Virus record (IMG/VR): IMGVR_UViG_3300047476_001657
Span: 29,304-93,303 of that record
Direction: 5' to 3' (one strand)
Source: a virus
DNA length: 64,000 bases
Part shown: positions 29,813-39,569 of the stretch, piece by piece
Position numbering within the stretch: position 1 is the stretch's first letter
How the letters are laid out: the number at the start of each line of letters is the position of its first letter
Notes under the pieces: model-generated
Database searches by the model: none
What the model saw: the letters and a program-made list of their open reading frames with translations, nothing else
What the model was told of the DNA's origin: nothing
Translations under genes and position numbers: made by a program

Positions 29813-32800
29813 TTAGAAGTCAAATTTCACTACAAATTGTTGAATACCAGTTCTTGGATAAGGTGATTGTAGCTTAGAAACAATCATAAGTGTTTTATCA
29901 GAATCGTAAAGACCTATCTCACTTATGTGAACTTTTTTAGTATTATCCCAAGTTGGATTTGAAGATGCTAAAAATTCCGATTGACCCAAATTTATTTTGT
30001 ATCTCATTTCATAAATCGTTGCTTGAATATCTGTTTCAATGTTTCCATAAAAATAGTATTCATCTCCGAAATTAAGATTAGTAGTTGTACCTGATGGTAA
30101 ATCTATGTAGTCTGTAAGAACATAATTATTTGCATTGTCATACAAGTCTTGAGTTATAACAAAAGTATTACCAGTTAGACCTGATGCTGTTAAAAATCCA
30201 TTAATTGTAGAACCTGTTAATTGGTCTGTAAAATCTATTATTTTCCATTCTGTAGGTTCTGGTCTTTGATTACCAAAAACCTTTTGACAAATAATTTCAA
30301 ATTTATTAGCGACAAAACCAGTACCAACATTACATACTTGAGTACAAGCTGAGGTAGTAGCAGTAATTGTTGGACAAGTGCCTGTAGTTATACCAAATTC
30401 AGTTGTACCTGATACTTCTATCACAGATGAATCTAACAGTCCATCTATTGTTATAACACACCCACTATAGGTTGATGCTGAAGTAATTGAAATTTCACTA
30501 GAAATTATAAAATTACAATCTACTGTTTTTATTGTTGTTGAATCCCCAGTTGTTGTTGCACTAAATGGTTCACAATTGAATGTAAGACAACTTTCATACA
30601 ATGATGTTGTTAGACCGGTTACTCCAGAAAAATCAGGAATCCATGTACCAATTGGAACATCATTATTGGTTAGACCAGTTAAAATAGCGATTCTTGTATC
30701 TGCTGAATAAATTTCCCAATTTGAGTTAAAATAAACTAATCGTTCTGTTTGACTAAAATTACTTGGTAAATAACTATAAGTTGAAGCTGAAAGTGTTTCA
30801 TAATAACCTTGAGTAACACAAGTTGAACCTGATTCACAGATGTTTACACATAATATAGGTCTATAACTACATTCAGTGAAACCTGTTATAACCTCAACTC
30901 CAGTATCAAATGTAAAATTAGATATAAGTGAGTTATTTGTTGTTAGTAAAGGTGAATCAGGAAAAGGGGTATTTTGAGATACCATCCACTGACTTCCATC
31001 CCAATAAATATTTAGAATCAAACCATTAATACTTAATGATTTAAATATAGGATATCCATTAACTAGTTGTTCTGTATTATAGAATGGATAAGCAACAGAC
31101 AAATTGGGATATGATATTGGGTCAGGTAAAAACCAAAAAGTAAATCCTGAATACCAACAAGGTGTAATGTTTGAATTGGATAAACAAGACAATTCATCAC
31201 CAAATCTAACACTAACATTTTGAGATGGTAATGAGTTACAACTCACATTAGGACCAGTAATATTTTGATAGTAATTACAGTGTAAAGAATTAGTGAAACC
31301 AAAATCATTTGACAATCTATATGTTACATATAAACTTTCTGAATTACCAGTCAAAATACCCTCAACTGAATTGTTGTCCAAACCACATATGTTAGGTGTA
31401 ATTAAAGAAACTTTTGGTGCTGGTAAAGTCCAATTTCTATTAGATTTATATGACATAGCTGCAAGTAATTCCTCATCGTCAATTATAATAACTTTTAAGT
31501 CAGGAAATACTTTACCAACTCTATTTGGTAAATTAGGAATTATTGCATTAACATTTGGGTTATTATCCCAAAGGTGGAAATATCTAATTCCAGGTTCATT
31601 CATATCAACATTTTTAGTTGATTTGATGTAATTTACTTGAAATAAACCTAAATCCTCAAATCCTGGAGGGTCAACCCAAAATGTTTGACCTAAACAACAG
31701 TTAGGATTCTTATGCCACATCAACCAAGGTAAGTGTAACTTAAAGTTTCTTGCTTGACCAGTTGTATCATTTACACTATCATCAAAGGGTTGCATTGCAA
31801 ATTTCTCACCATAGAATAAATCCACAGTTTGATTTGTATAATGTATAACCCCTATTGCTTTTTGTTCTTCAGGTAAAACATTCACTATTTCATCAAAAGA
31901 ATTGAAATAGAATGTTGAACTCGTATCAGTTTGTCCACTACTTGAAGCGTAACCTAAATATTCCTTAGTACCCAAGTAATTAACCGAACCGAATTTAGTA
32001 TAATCATTTGATGTTGATGAGTCTAATCCTGCTGGATTTTCAGACCAAGGAATATTCATATTCCAAATCTTCACATCAAATTGGTCAGTATAACAAACCG
32101 ACTCAAAATTTATAACATTATCATTCCAATGTCTAAATGGTGTTATACTATCATAAATTTCAGTAATTTTTGATGGATAGATAATTGTTCTTGCAAAACA
32201 ATCACTTCCTAAATAACTGAAGTCTGGTGTTGCTCTATCTAAAGTGATTGTATTTTGACATACATTTACTATTCTATAAGTCAATATAGGATAACAACTA
32301 CTGATACTTACAACACAATTTGGTGGTGGTGTTGCTGGACAAGCATTACTTGGAGTTGGTGTTGGACAGAACGTAGCACTCGGAGTTGGTGTTGGAGTAG
32401 GTGATGCACAAGGATCCAAAGGTGTAGAAGTCGGTGTTGGTGTTGGACTTGAACCTATAGTTGGAGATGGTGTGGGCGAACTTGTTATTGATGGTGTTGG
32501 TGTAGGTGTTGGTAAATTTGAACAATTACAATCAACTAAACCAGTTCCATCATAATATATTGTGATTATATCACCTACAGCAAAACTTCTAACAACACTA
32601 GGGTTACAGTTATTATAAATTAAATTTACTGTATTAGTCCCCACCAATGTATTCATTTGGACAACATAGTTGGAGTTAATTGCATATAAATTGTTAGTCA
32701 AAGCACTCCAAGTATATGTTGCAGTATCACCTATTGGTGTACCTGAAAAAAATCCCCTTTCTGCAGCTGTATTAAATACAGATTCTATAAATGAATCCAT

Positions 32801-33085
32801 ATATGGAATACCATAAGTATTTCCACCAGCCTCATCAACATAAATTGGATACTTTATGTTTTCTTTGTTTGATTGTGGAACACCCGCAATACTTTGAGCT
32901 CCGAAACTTGGGTCAAAAACAAAGTAATTTGTTGGATTAAAATTTGGAATCACACTATAACTAACTTCACTATCACCAATTTGGAAATATGAAATATTAA
33001 AGTTACCTTGAGATAATTTTTGTCTCCCTGCGTCAGTTAATCTTGTATTTATTAAACCAGATGTATTTTTAAGTATATAGCCCAT
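29813..33085 (-). CDS. Tail/baseplate-associated structural protein with Pro-Thr linker
   Basis: N-terminal LTDAGRQKL..FQIGDSE and C-terminal ISEIGLYD...IVSKL resemble tail-fibre attachment domains; PT repeats and many Cys. Confidence 0.65.
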   Translation of the reverse strand: MGYILKNTSGLINTRLTDAGRQKLSQGNFNISYFQIGDSEVSYSVIPNFNPTNYFVFDPSFGAQSIAGVPQSNKENIKYPIYVDEAGGNTYGIPYMDSFIESVFNTAAERGFFSGTPIGDTATYTWSALTNNLYAINSNYVVQMNTLVGTNTVNLIYNNCNPSVVRSFAVGDIITIYYDGTGLVDCNCSNLPTPTPTPSITSSPTPSPTIGSSPTPTPTSTPLDPCASPTPTPTPSATFCPTPTPSNACPATPPPNCVVSISSCYPILTYRIVNVCQNTITLDRATPDFSYLGSDCFARTIIYPSKITEIYDSITPFRHWNDNVINFESVCYTDQFDVKIWNMNIPWSENPAGLDSSTSNDYTKFGSVNYLGTKEYLGYASSSGQTDTSSTFYFNSFDEIVNVLPEEQKAIGVIHYTNQTVDLFYGEKFAMQPFDDSVNDTTGQARNFKLHLPWLMWHKNPNCCLGQTFWVDPPGFEDLGLFQVNYIKSTKNVDMNEPGIRYFHLWDNNPNVNAIIPNLPNRVGKVFPDLKVIIIDDEELLAAMSYKSNRNWTLPAPKVSLITPNICGLDNNSVEGILTGNSESLYVTYRLSNDFGFTNSLHCNYYQNITGPNVSCNSLPSQNVSVRFGDELSCLSNSNITPCWYSGFTFWFLPDPISYPNLSVAYPFYNTEQLVNGYPIFKSLSINGLILNIYWDGSQWMVSQNTPFPDSPLLTTNNSLISNFTFDTGVEVITGFTECSYRPILCVNICESGSTCVTQGYYETLSASTYSYLPSNFSQTERLVYFNSNWEIYSADTRIAILTGLTNNDVPIGTWIPDFSGVTGLTTSLYESCLTFNCEPFSATTTGDSTTIKTVDCNFIISSEISITSASTYSGCVITIDGLLDSSVIEVSGTTEFGITTGTCPTITATTSACTQVCNVGTGFVANKFEIICQKVFGNQRPEPTEWKIIDFTDQLTGSTINGFLTASGLTGNTFVITQDLYDNANNYVLTDYIDLPSGTTTNLNFGDEYYFYGNIETDIQATIYEMRYKINLGQSEFLASSNPTWDNTKKVHISEIGLYDSDKTLMIVSKLQSPYPRTGIQQFVVKFDF

Positions 33086-33089
33086 ATTA

Positions 33090-33097
33090 ATAAATAT
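33090..33097 (-). promoter_or_regulatory. Putative late motif (ATATTTAT on - strand)
   Basis: Ends 4 nt before the ATG at 33085. Confidence 0.55.
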
Positions 33098-33111
33098 GTA
33101 AAATAGAATTT

Positions 33112-33837
33112 TTATGTGGTAATGATATTACAACAATCACAACCATTTATGGTCAAATTTGATAATGAAAAAGTATGTATCCCATCCCCAACGTAACAAT
33201 CAACGAAATCATTTTTATAAAGTGTTGTTGTAGTTATTAAACTAAATGAATCACCGAAATTGTAATTAATACTTGGCCAAGTTTCGTTGAATGTTTCTAA
33301 AAATAACGTTTGACCTTGACAACCAGGTATCGGATTATATGTTGAACCAGTTGTTATCCCACTTGTTGAAGCCGAAAGTATTGTTGAATTAATACTAAGT
33401 TGAGAAACAGATGTTGTCGTTGTTGAACTAAAATTTGGGGACGACTTAGTAAGGAAAGAATGATTTAGAGTAAAGTTTAAATTTATATTATTAACCAAAC
33501 TCGGAAATACATTCAAAGTGGTTAAATATTCTGTTGTTGTTTCTGATGGTGATGAACTTATAACATTAGATGTCGTATTCAAATAGACTTGATATGTTAC
33601 AGAATCTTGTGGTTGTTGTAAAGTAACAACGTTAGTTGTAGTTTCACCCGATATATCATTTACTATAACAACATAATTTCCTTCACATAAATTTGAGTAA
33701 ATTGGGAAACTATTAAAAGTTAATCCATTATCTATTGAGTACGAATAAGGTGGATTCCCACCTGACGAGTAAATAGTTAAACCCCCATCACATCCACATA
33801 TTGTTTGATTTGTTGTTATGTTTGTTACTAATGCCAT
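33112..33837 (-). CDS. SprB-repeat-containing virion protein
   Basis: CGCDGGLTIYSSGGNPPYSYSID...NLCEGNYVVIVND. Confidence 0.65.
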   Translation of the reverse strand: MALVTNITTNQTICGCDGGLTIYSSGGNPPYSYSIDNGLTFNSFPIYSNLCEGNYVVIVNDISGETTTNVVTLQQPQDSVTYQVYLNTTSNVISSSPSETTTEYLTTLNVFPSLVNNINLNFTLNHSFLTKSSPNFSSTTTTSVSQLSINSTILSASTSGITTGSTYNPIPGCQGQTLFLETFNETWPSINYNFGDSFSLITTTTLYKNDFVDCYVGDGIHTFSLSNLTINGCDCCNIITT

Positions 33838-33847
33838 ATATTATTTT

Positions 33848-36079
33848 TTATACACCTGTATCACCAACAATATTCCAATTATAAGGTGGTGATGTTAATA
33901 TTGCTCTTGCTGCTCCAGCACCGATTATACTATATGTCAATCCTTGAACCCCAAGATTCACATTTGATTGTAAACTTGGTAAAACTGACCAATTCACTAA
34001 TAAATTATCGTAATTTGTTTGACTCATACTAGTGTTGTCTAACATTTTACTCATGTTTGTTACATTTGATACATCCCAACTACTTATGTCATCGTCAAAA
34101 GAAGTACAACCTAAAAAAGTGCTAAACAAACTAGTTGTTGATGACAAATCCCAACTAGAAATATTATTAATAGTCGTTAAAGAAATACAATTTTGGAATG
34201 TATTTCTTAACCCAACAGAAATTATAGGAGTATCAATTACTGTATTTAAGGTAAGATTCCTACAACCCCAGAAACCACCAGTTGATAAAACAAAACAACC
34301 ACCCCATTGATTCACTGATAATATTTTTGTGATGTCCCCAACACCGTTAAATGCCCATTCCCCTAGATTACCATATATTTTTATAGTATATACACCAGGT
34401 ATTGAATAAGTATGAATAGGATAAGATGGGAATGTTGTTATATTTTCAGTTACACCATCACCCCAATCAACAATACAATTTCTTGTTGTTGAATATGGTA
34501 AAGGTAATTTAATTTGATTAGCATTTGTTGTTATATTTGGTTTTACCTTAGTAGTATCCCATACACTTTCAAAATAAGTTGATGGGGAACAAGAAATTGG
34601 TAAAAATGGTGTACTTGTTGGAGTCGGTGTTGGTGAAAAACTTGGTGTTGGGGTACAAGAGCCTTCACTTACTGAATTTAAAACTTGTACTGATCCACCT
34701 ACATTCAATCCAATCCAATTTTTGAAACCTAATAGTTGGTTGTAAATACTCTGATAACTTCCACTAACATCAATTGCTGGAGCATAAATCCTATTACAAG
34801 GAACTTGTGTTGATGGATTAACAAATCCTGGTTGATTGAGAATACTTGATGTAGACCCTGAAACTCTATAACCTAACATTGGGTCATAGTAAACAAGTTC
34901 GTTACCTGTTGAAGAAGTCCAAGATGGTAAACTATTAATCAAAGAACCTGAACAGAAAGTCCAAGAAAATTTAATATACTCAACCACCTTACAGTCCCAA
35001 ATTCTTCCTATCATACAAAAGCACGTAGGTGCTAATGGTGGTGTTTGTGTTGGTGTTGGAGTTGGTGTAGGTGTTGGAGTATCAATTGTACAATTAATCA
35101 ATACTTGGAAATCACCAAATTGGTCAGTAATTTCTAAGAAATATGTACTAGGTAAAAGATTAGTTATGTTAGTTTGATTTGAATTGAACGGTGGTATATT
35201 TCTTAAAATATTTCCTGTTGAATTGAGTAATGTAACACTGTATGGTGGAGTGCCACCAGTTATTTTAATACTCAAACTACCAAATCCTCCAGTTGTTGTT
35301 GGTGGAGTTGGATTACAAATAACTCCCATAGGATAAATTGTTAATACCCCACACTCATTGACTGGTAAATAATTAGTTTGTAAGTAACTTCTAGGTGTTG
35401 GAGTCGGTGTTGGTTTAATACAAGAACCAAAAGATGAACTTGTAATTTTAAAACCAGTTGGTAAAGGATAAACATCTACCCAAGGATATGTTGAATTACT
35501 TATTGGATAAAAAGATGGATTTTCACAATACCCTAATAAAATTGAAGAAGAAATTATCATATGTTCCCACCTATCTACGGTAGAATTCCAATAAACAACA
35601 CTACCTGTTGGTGTTGTACAATTTGAAACGAACATAATATAATATGGTTTCCCATTTACAAAACTAGTATGTTGTATAGAACAAGTCCAAAAAAAAGAAC
35701 TAACAAGTTGATTTTGATAACTGAAACACATATCCAAGTTACAAGAAGTACCTGAAGTTTGATATACACTAATTGAAGGATTAGAATTAACCCAAGTGTT
35801 TCCTGATGGGCAATCACTTGAACTTGATATTGTACTACCACTTACATTATTGTAATATATTTCCCATTGTGTTGCACCAGAATTATATTCTAACTCAATA
35901 GGTATGTTAGTACCACAACATGGGTCATAACCTATATAGGAATATTTTCCATCTATTTCACCATTAGGAATCAATGATGTATTTATTACACCAGATTCTG
36001 AAGTTGAAGCTGATAATTGGATACAAGTACACATTGAGTTTATTGTACTTAATGCTTGAAAGGCGAAAAGTGTATACAT
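33848..36079 (-). CDS. Modular fibre-like protein (Cys-rich, SprB-like, PT linkers, PKD, BspA/DUF285-type repeats)
   Basis: VDWGDG...HTYSIPGVYTI; ISSWDLSSTTSLFSTF and ISSWDVSNVTNMSKM repeats; YDNLLVNW. ATG 36079 preferred over TTG 36082. Confidence 0.7.
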   Translation of the reverse strand: MYTLFAFQALSTINSMCTCIQLSASTSESGVINTSLIPNGEIDGKYSYIGYDPCCGTNIPIELEYNSGATQWEIYYNNVSGSTISSSSDCPSGNTWVNSNPSISVYQTSGTSCNLDMCFSYQNQLVSSFFWTCSIQHTSFVNGKPYYIMFVSNCTTPTGSVVYWNSTVDRWEHMIISSSILLGYCENPSFYPISNSTYPWVDVYPLPTGFKITSSSFGSCIKPTPTPTPRSYLQTNYLPVNECGVLTIYPMGVICNPTPPTTTGGFGSLSIKITGGTPPYSVTLLNSTGNILRNIPPFNSNQTNITNLLPSTYFLEITDQFGDFQVLINCTIDTPTPTPTPTPTQTPPLAPTCFCMIGRIWDCKVVEYIKFSWTFCSGSLINSLPSWTSSTGNELVYYDPMLGYRVSGSTSSILNQPGFVNPSTQVPCNRIYAPAIDVSGSYQSIYNQLLGFKNWIGLNVGGSVQVLNSVSEGSCTPTPSFSPTPTPTSTPFLPISCSPSTYFESVWDTTKVKPNITTNANQIKLPLPYSTTRNCIVDWGDGVTENITTFPSYPIHTYSIPGVYTIKIYGNLGEWAFNGVGDITKILSVNQWGGCFVLSTGGFWGCRNLTLNTVIDTPIISVGLRNTFQNCISLTTINNISSWDLSSTTSLFSTFLGCTSFDDDISSWDVSNVTNMSKMLDNTSMSQTNYDNLLVNWSVLPSLQSNVNLGVQGLTYSIIGAGAARAILTSPPYNWNIVGDTGV

Positions 36080-36101
36080 CAAAATTGATTAATCTTATTA
36101 C

Positions 36102-36112
36102 ATAAATAAATA
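36102..36112 (-). promoter_or_regulatory. Overlapping late motifs (TATTTATTTAT on - strand)
   Basis: About 22 nt upstream of ATG 36079. Confidence 0.5.
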
Positions 36113-36229
36113 CAATAAGAGATATTTTATGATACTCTTATTATATCTAATATATTTTTTATTAGAAAACTATCTTATATATAAAAAATAAATCCTCCAT
36201 AATAAAAAAATATACAGAACAATTTGACT

Positions 36230-37447
36230 TTATAAATAATATAGAATGTCCGCAGAACCATTAAATGTTGCAGTATTACTCAATGGTGTAATACACAACC
36301 ACATTTCATCTCTTGTACCATTGACATTTGAACCAACTCTAATTTGGTTGTCATCAAGTTTTGTTGTAGTCAAGGCTGATGTACCTGCTTGACCAATTAA
36401 AGATGTCATAACGTGACCGGGTGATGTTATAGTATGTGTGTTTCCAGTACCCAAACTATATTGGAATGGTGAATTTGGAATATCTACCCAAGTTGGGGTA
36501 TAAGATAAAGTTGGATTAAATTCCATAGTCAATAAGTAATTGTCGTTGGACGTATTAAGAATACTAATTGAATCATATTGAGATGTAACTGATTTATAAG
36601 ACTCTTTCAATCGATAACCAATGTAAGGATACTTAACACCTGAATCGTTCAAAGTTGTGTTTGCTGTATAGGGTATTGATACTGTTGAATATAATCCATT
36701 GAGTGCACCTTCGGTGGAAACTTGTGAACATATCATATCAAAGTAACCTGAACCAACACCAACTTGTCTTATTTCATATCTTATTGGTTGATTTGGTGAG
36801 GACATATAAACCGTGGTTATATTGTTTGCGGCAGTATAATCAACAAAATATATTGTTTGTCCTGATAAAACCATACCAAATCTTACCCTACCAACACCTA
36901 ACCATTGATAATCTATGGTCATTAAGTTTACATCAGCCCAATTAAAGTTGTTAGGGTCAAATTGTGTATTATTCCAAACTGAAGTATCTGCACTATATGT
37001 ACAAGAACCACTTAGGTACACATTGAAAGTAATTGCACTTGTAACACCATTACTTTCCAAAAACAAACCATCAAAAACCGAATTATACGGAGAACCAGTT
37101 GTTGATTGAAAAACGCCAACTCTTTTAATCACATTAGTTTCAATTGTAAAGTTAGCAAAACTTGCCTCAAATAATTGACTTTTACCTGGTTGATAAATTG
37201 GATGTGTTTTTGATTGACGAATAACTAAATCATTATTTGCTGAAGTAGACATTCTAACTCTTGCAAATTGTTGATTGAATACTGATGTGGCAGTACCAGC
37301 AGTTACTTCATTTACTTGAAGAGGATTTTTATCGTAAGTGTGTTTGATATCTAAAAGATTAGTTACTGCTGCAGTTCTTAGTCTACCAAACGCATCTAAG
37401 TTTGGACTATCTGAGTATTTTATCGAATTATTAAAAATGTATGCCAT
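36230..37447 (-). CDS. Putative virion protein (DAFGRLR / YQPGK type)
   Basis: NLDAFGRLR, YQPGKSQL, DYQWLGVGRVRFG motifs; beta-rich; structural operon. Confidence 0.6.
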   Translation of the reverse strand: MAYIFNNSIKYSDSPNLDAFGRLRTAAVTNLLDIKHTYDKNPLQVNEVTAGTATSVFNQQFARVRMSTSANNDLVIRQSKTHPIYQPGKSQLFEASFANFTIETNVIKRVGVFQSTTGSPYNSVFDGLFLESNGVTSAITFNVYLSGSCTYSADTSVWNNTQFDPNNFNWADVNLMTIDYQWLGVGRVRFGMVLSGQTIYFVDYTAANNITTVYMSSPNQPIRYEIRQVGVGSGYFDMICSQVSTEGALNGLYSTVSIPYTANTTLNDSGVKYPYIGYRLKESYKSVTSQYDSISILNTSNDNYLLTMEFNPTLSYTPTWVDIPNSPFQYSLGTGNTHTITSPGHVMTSLIGQAGTSALTTTKLDDNQIRVGSNVNGTRDEMWLCITPLSNTATFNGSADILYYL

Positions 37448-37448
37448 A

Positions 37449-39215
37449 TTATATTATCCACCAATTATTATTTCTTGCCACCAATGTTAGTGACATATAG
37501 TTTATGTTCATATCAACGTAGGAGTTTCCATCTATTGTTCCTGCTATTGGGGTTAACCTTATTCTATAAGAACCTGAATAACCACCTTCATCTTTTATTA
37601 TTATTTTTAATCCATCATAACCAGTTGGGTTAGGTACTGAAACATCAACATTACCATTGTAATTGATTCCCCAATATGTTGTACCAGTTGTAATTGTAAA
37701 TGCTGAAGTTGTTAAACCTGTTGTTGAAATAATTTGAGTTGAGGCCGAAAAAACACCAATTACATTTAGGTTACCAAAAACATTGAATTCGTTATTTTCA
37801 CCAACAATCAAATTACTTCTGTTCAAATCATTTGTACCATTACCAATTATGAAAGCACCATCAGAAAATCCTGTAATATTATATTTACCTTGTACGTGTT
37901 GATAGTTTGATATTGCAATAGTTCCCCATCCCTCTGCGTGACCGAAGTTACCAAAAACCTTGGTTTCTCTACCTTCTGCATGTGAACCTTCACCAAACAC
38001 ATACGTGAGATATCCCTCAGCATGAGAATATTGTGTGATTGCGGATGTTTGGTACCCCTCAGTGTGAGACCCAGCTCCAAATGCTAAAGTTTGAACACCT
38101 TCTGAGTGAGCATACAAGGTTGTTGCCGAAGTTTGGTACCCCTCAGAATGTGAACCACCGCCTGATGCTAAAGTTTGAACACCTTCTGAGTGTGCATACA
38201 AGGTTGTTGCCGAAGTTTGAGAACCCTCAGAATGTGAATATATACCCGTTGCAATTGTATTGATTCCTTCAGAGTGAGCACCAGTTGCTGAAGCTAAAGT
38301 TTGTCTTCCTTCGGCATGTGAACCAATACCGGAAGAAATTGTAAAAACACCTTCTGCATGAGAACCCAAACCACTCGATGTACCCCCACTAAAAACACCG
38401 GCACTAAAATAACCTCCTTCAGCATGTGAATAATTACCAGAAGCCAAAGATCCAAAACCTTCAGCATGAGAATATAACCCCAACGAAATATTTGAAGCAC
38501 CCTCACTATGAGAATAATCACCAATAGCAATACTATTTATACCTTCAGCGTGAGCACCACTTCCTGATGCTAAAGTACCGGAACCCTCAGAGTGTGAGTG
38601 AAGTCCACTTGAAGTAGTAGAAGAACCTTCTGCATGTGAATCAATACCTGAAGAAATTGTTGACTTTCCTTCGGCATGAGAAAAAGAACCTGATGCAAGA
38701 CTTTGTCTACCTTGAGAATGTGAATATATAGTTGTTGCACTTGTTGAAAAACCTTGGGCGAATGAATAATTTCCTGATGCTATAACTGTTTGACCGAAAG
38801 CAAAACTATTAAGACCACTTGCGGTTGAACCAGTTGATTGTAAAAATCCGTTGAAAGTCATACCAGTAACAACATTTATACTTGTACTATATGTTGTACT
38901 ATCAGTTTCTGTGATAGTGAAAGTGTTAGCATCATTATATGTGAAAGCTGTGACACTTACATCAGTATAACCAGTAAGAAGACCTGTCACATTGAAACTT
39001 CCACCACTATCATTGTAGAATGTAATTGTACCTGTGGCAGGGTCATAAGTACCACCAGTTATAGTTGTCGGATTAATTAAATCCAAAACTTGACCCATAG
39101 TTGCTTTATATGATGAACCTGCGGGATTTTGAGATGTATCAGCGGTTATAACTATATGAATCAAATCATTAGCTGTAACACCAGTTGCTAAAACCCTATC
39201 AGTAAGAAATGCCAT
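37449..39215 (-). CDS. Tail-fibre-like protein with YadA-head-type (S/A)H(A/S)EG repeats
   Basis: About 20 tandem ~14-aa repeats xxSGxxSHAEGxxT followed by AFIIGNG...RSN. Confidence 0.78.
   Translation of the reverse strand: MAFLTDRVLATGVTANDLIHIVITADTSQNPAGSSYKATMGQVLDLINPTTITGGTYDPATGTITFYNDSGGSFNVTGLLTGYTDVSVTAFTYNDANTFTITETDSTTYSTSINVVTGMTFNGFLQSTGSTASGLNSFAFGQTVIASGNYSFAQGFSTSATTIYSHSQGRQSLASGSFSHAEGKSTISSGIDSHAEGSSTTSSGLHSHSEGSGTLASGSGAHAEGINSIAIGDYSHSEGASNISLGLYSHAEGFGSLASGNYSHAEGGYFSAGVFSGGTSSGLGSHAEGVFTISSGIGSHAEGRQTLASATGAHSEGINTIATGIYSHSEGSQTSATTLYAHSEGVQTLASGGGSHSEGYQTSATTLYAHSEGVQTLAFGAGSHTEGYQTSAITQYSHAEGYLTYVFGEGSHAEGRETKVFGNFGHAEGWGTIAISNYQHVQGKYNITGFSDGAFIIGNGTNDLNRSNLIVGENNEFNVFGNLNVIGVFSASTQIISTTGLTTSAFTITTGTTYWGINYNGNVDVSVPNPTGYDGLKIIIKDEGGYSGSYRIRLTPIAGTIDGNSYVDMNINYMSLTLVARNNNWWII
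38047..38238. repeat. Near-identical 84-bp tandem duplication inside the fibre gene
   Basis: atgctaaagtttgaacaccttctgagtg at 38081 and 38165; gtttggtacccctcag at 38047 and 38131. Confidence 0.85.
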
Positions 39216-39228
39216 TTTATATTTTTAA

Positions 39229-39236
39229 TATAAATA
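39229..39236 (-). promoter_or_regulatory. Putative late motif (TATTTATA on - strand)
   Basis: 13 nt before ATG 39215. Confidence 0.6.
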
Positions 39237-39237
39237 G

Positions 39238-39537
39238 TTATGACATAAAGAAATATCCAACACCATCCATAAAATAAAAGTCTTCTAAATCCATAAATTC
39301 TTTTATATCTTCACTACAATATAATACTTTGAACCTTTCACACCCATCACTTGTTATAACTTTAACACCTATTGCTGGTGCTGAGTTAAATTGTTGTGGT
39401 AGAATTATTGTGTTTATTGATGGTACAGTTGTAGAAATATAAGCTAAAAGAACACACTGATTTCCAAATACGTCACAAACATATATGGTATAGGGTTCAT
39501 TTAACCCAAAAATACTGTTAAAAATTAGTACATTCAT
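39238..39537 (-). CDS. Small Cys-containing protein, paralog of 41601-41819
   Basis: Shared IY.CD.....C and K.I.S.GCE pattern. Confidence 0.7.
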   Translation of the reverse strand: MNVLIFNSIFGLNEPYTIYVCDVFGNQCVLLAYISTTVPSINTIILPQQFNSAPAIGVKVITSDGCERFKVLYCSEDIKEFMDLEDFYFMDGVGYFFMS

Positions 39538-39554
39538 CCAATTGTTATATTAAC

Positions 39555-39562
39555 TATAAATA
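39555..39562 (-). promoter_or_regulatory. Putative late motif (TATTTATA on - strand)
   Basis: 17 nt before ATG 39537. Confidence 0.6.
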
Positions 39563-39569
39563 TAACAAA

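Noticed and set aside
36083-36229. Replication origin in the long AT-rich gap
   Set aside because: Only a short TCTAATA/TATTAGA dyad and late motifs are present; no iterons or other supporting evidence.
37449-39215. Diversity-generating retroelement template/variable repeat pair
   Set aside because: The duplicates are tandem, in frame and not adenine-specific, and there is no reverse transcriptase in the window.
39229-39562. Canonical T4 late promoters TATAAATA on the + strand
   Set aside because: They point away from the adjacent minus-strand genes. Across the window the consistent sense-strand reading is TATTTAT.
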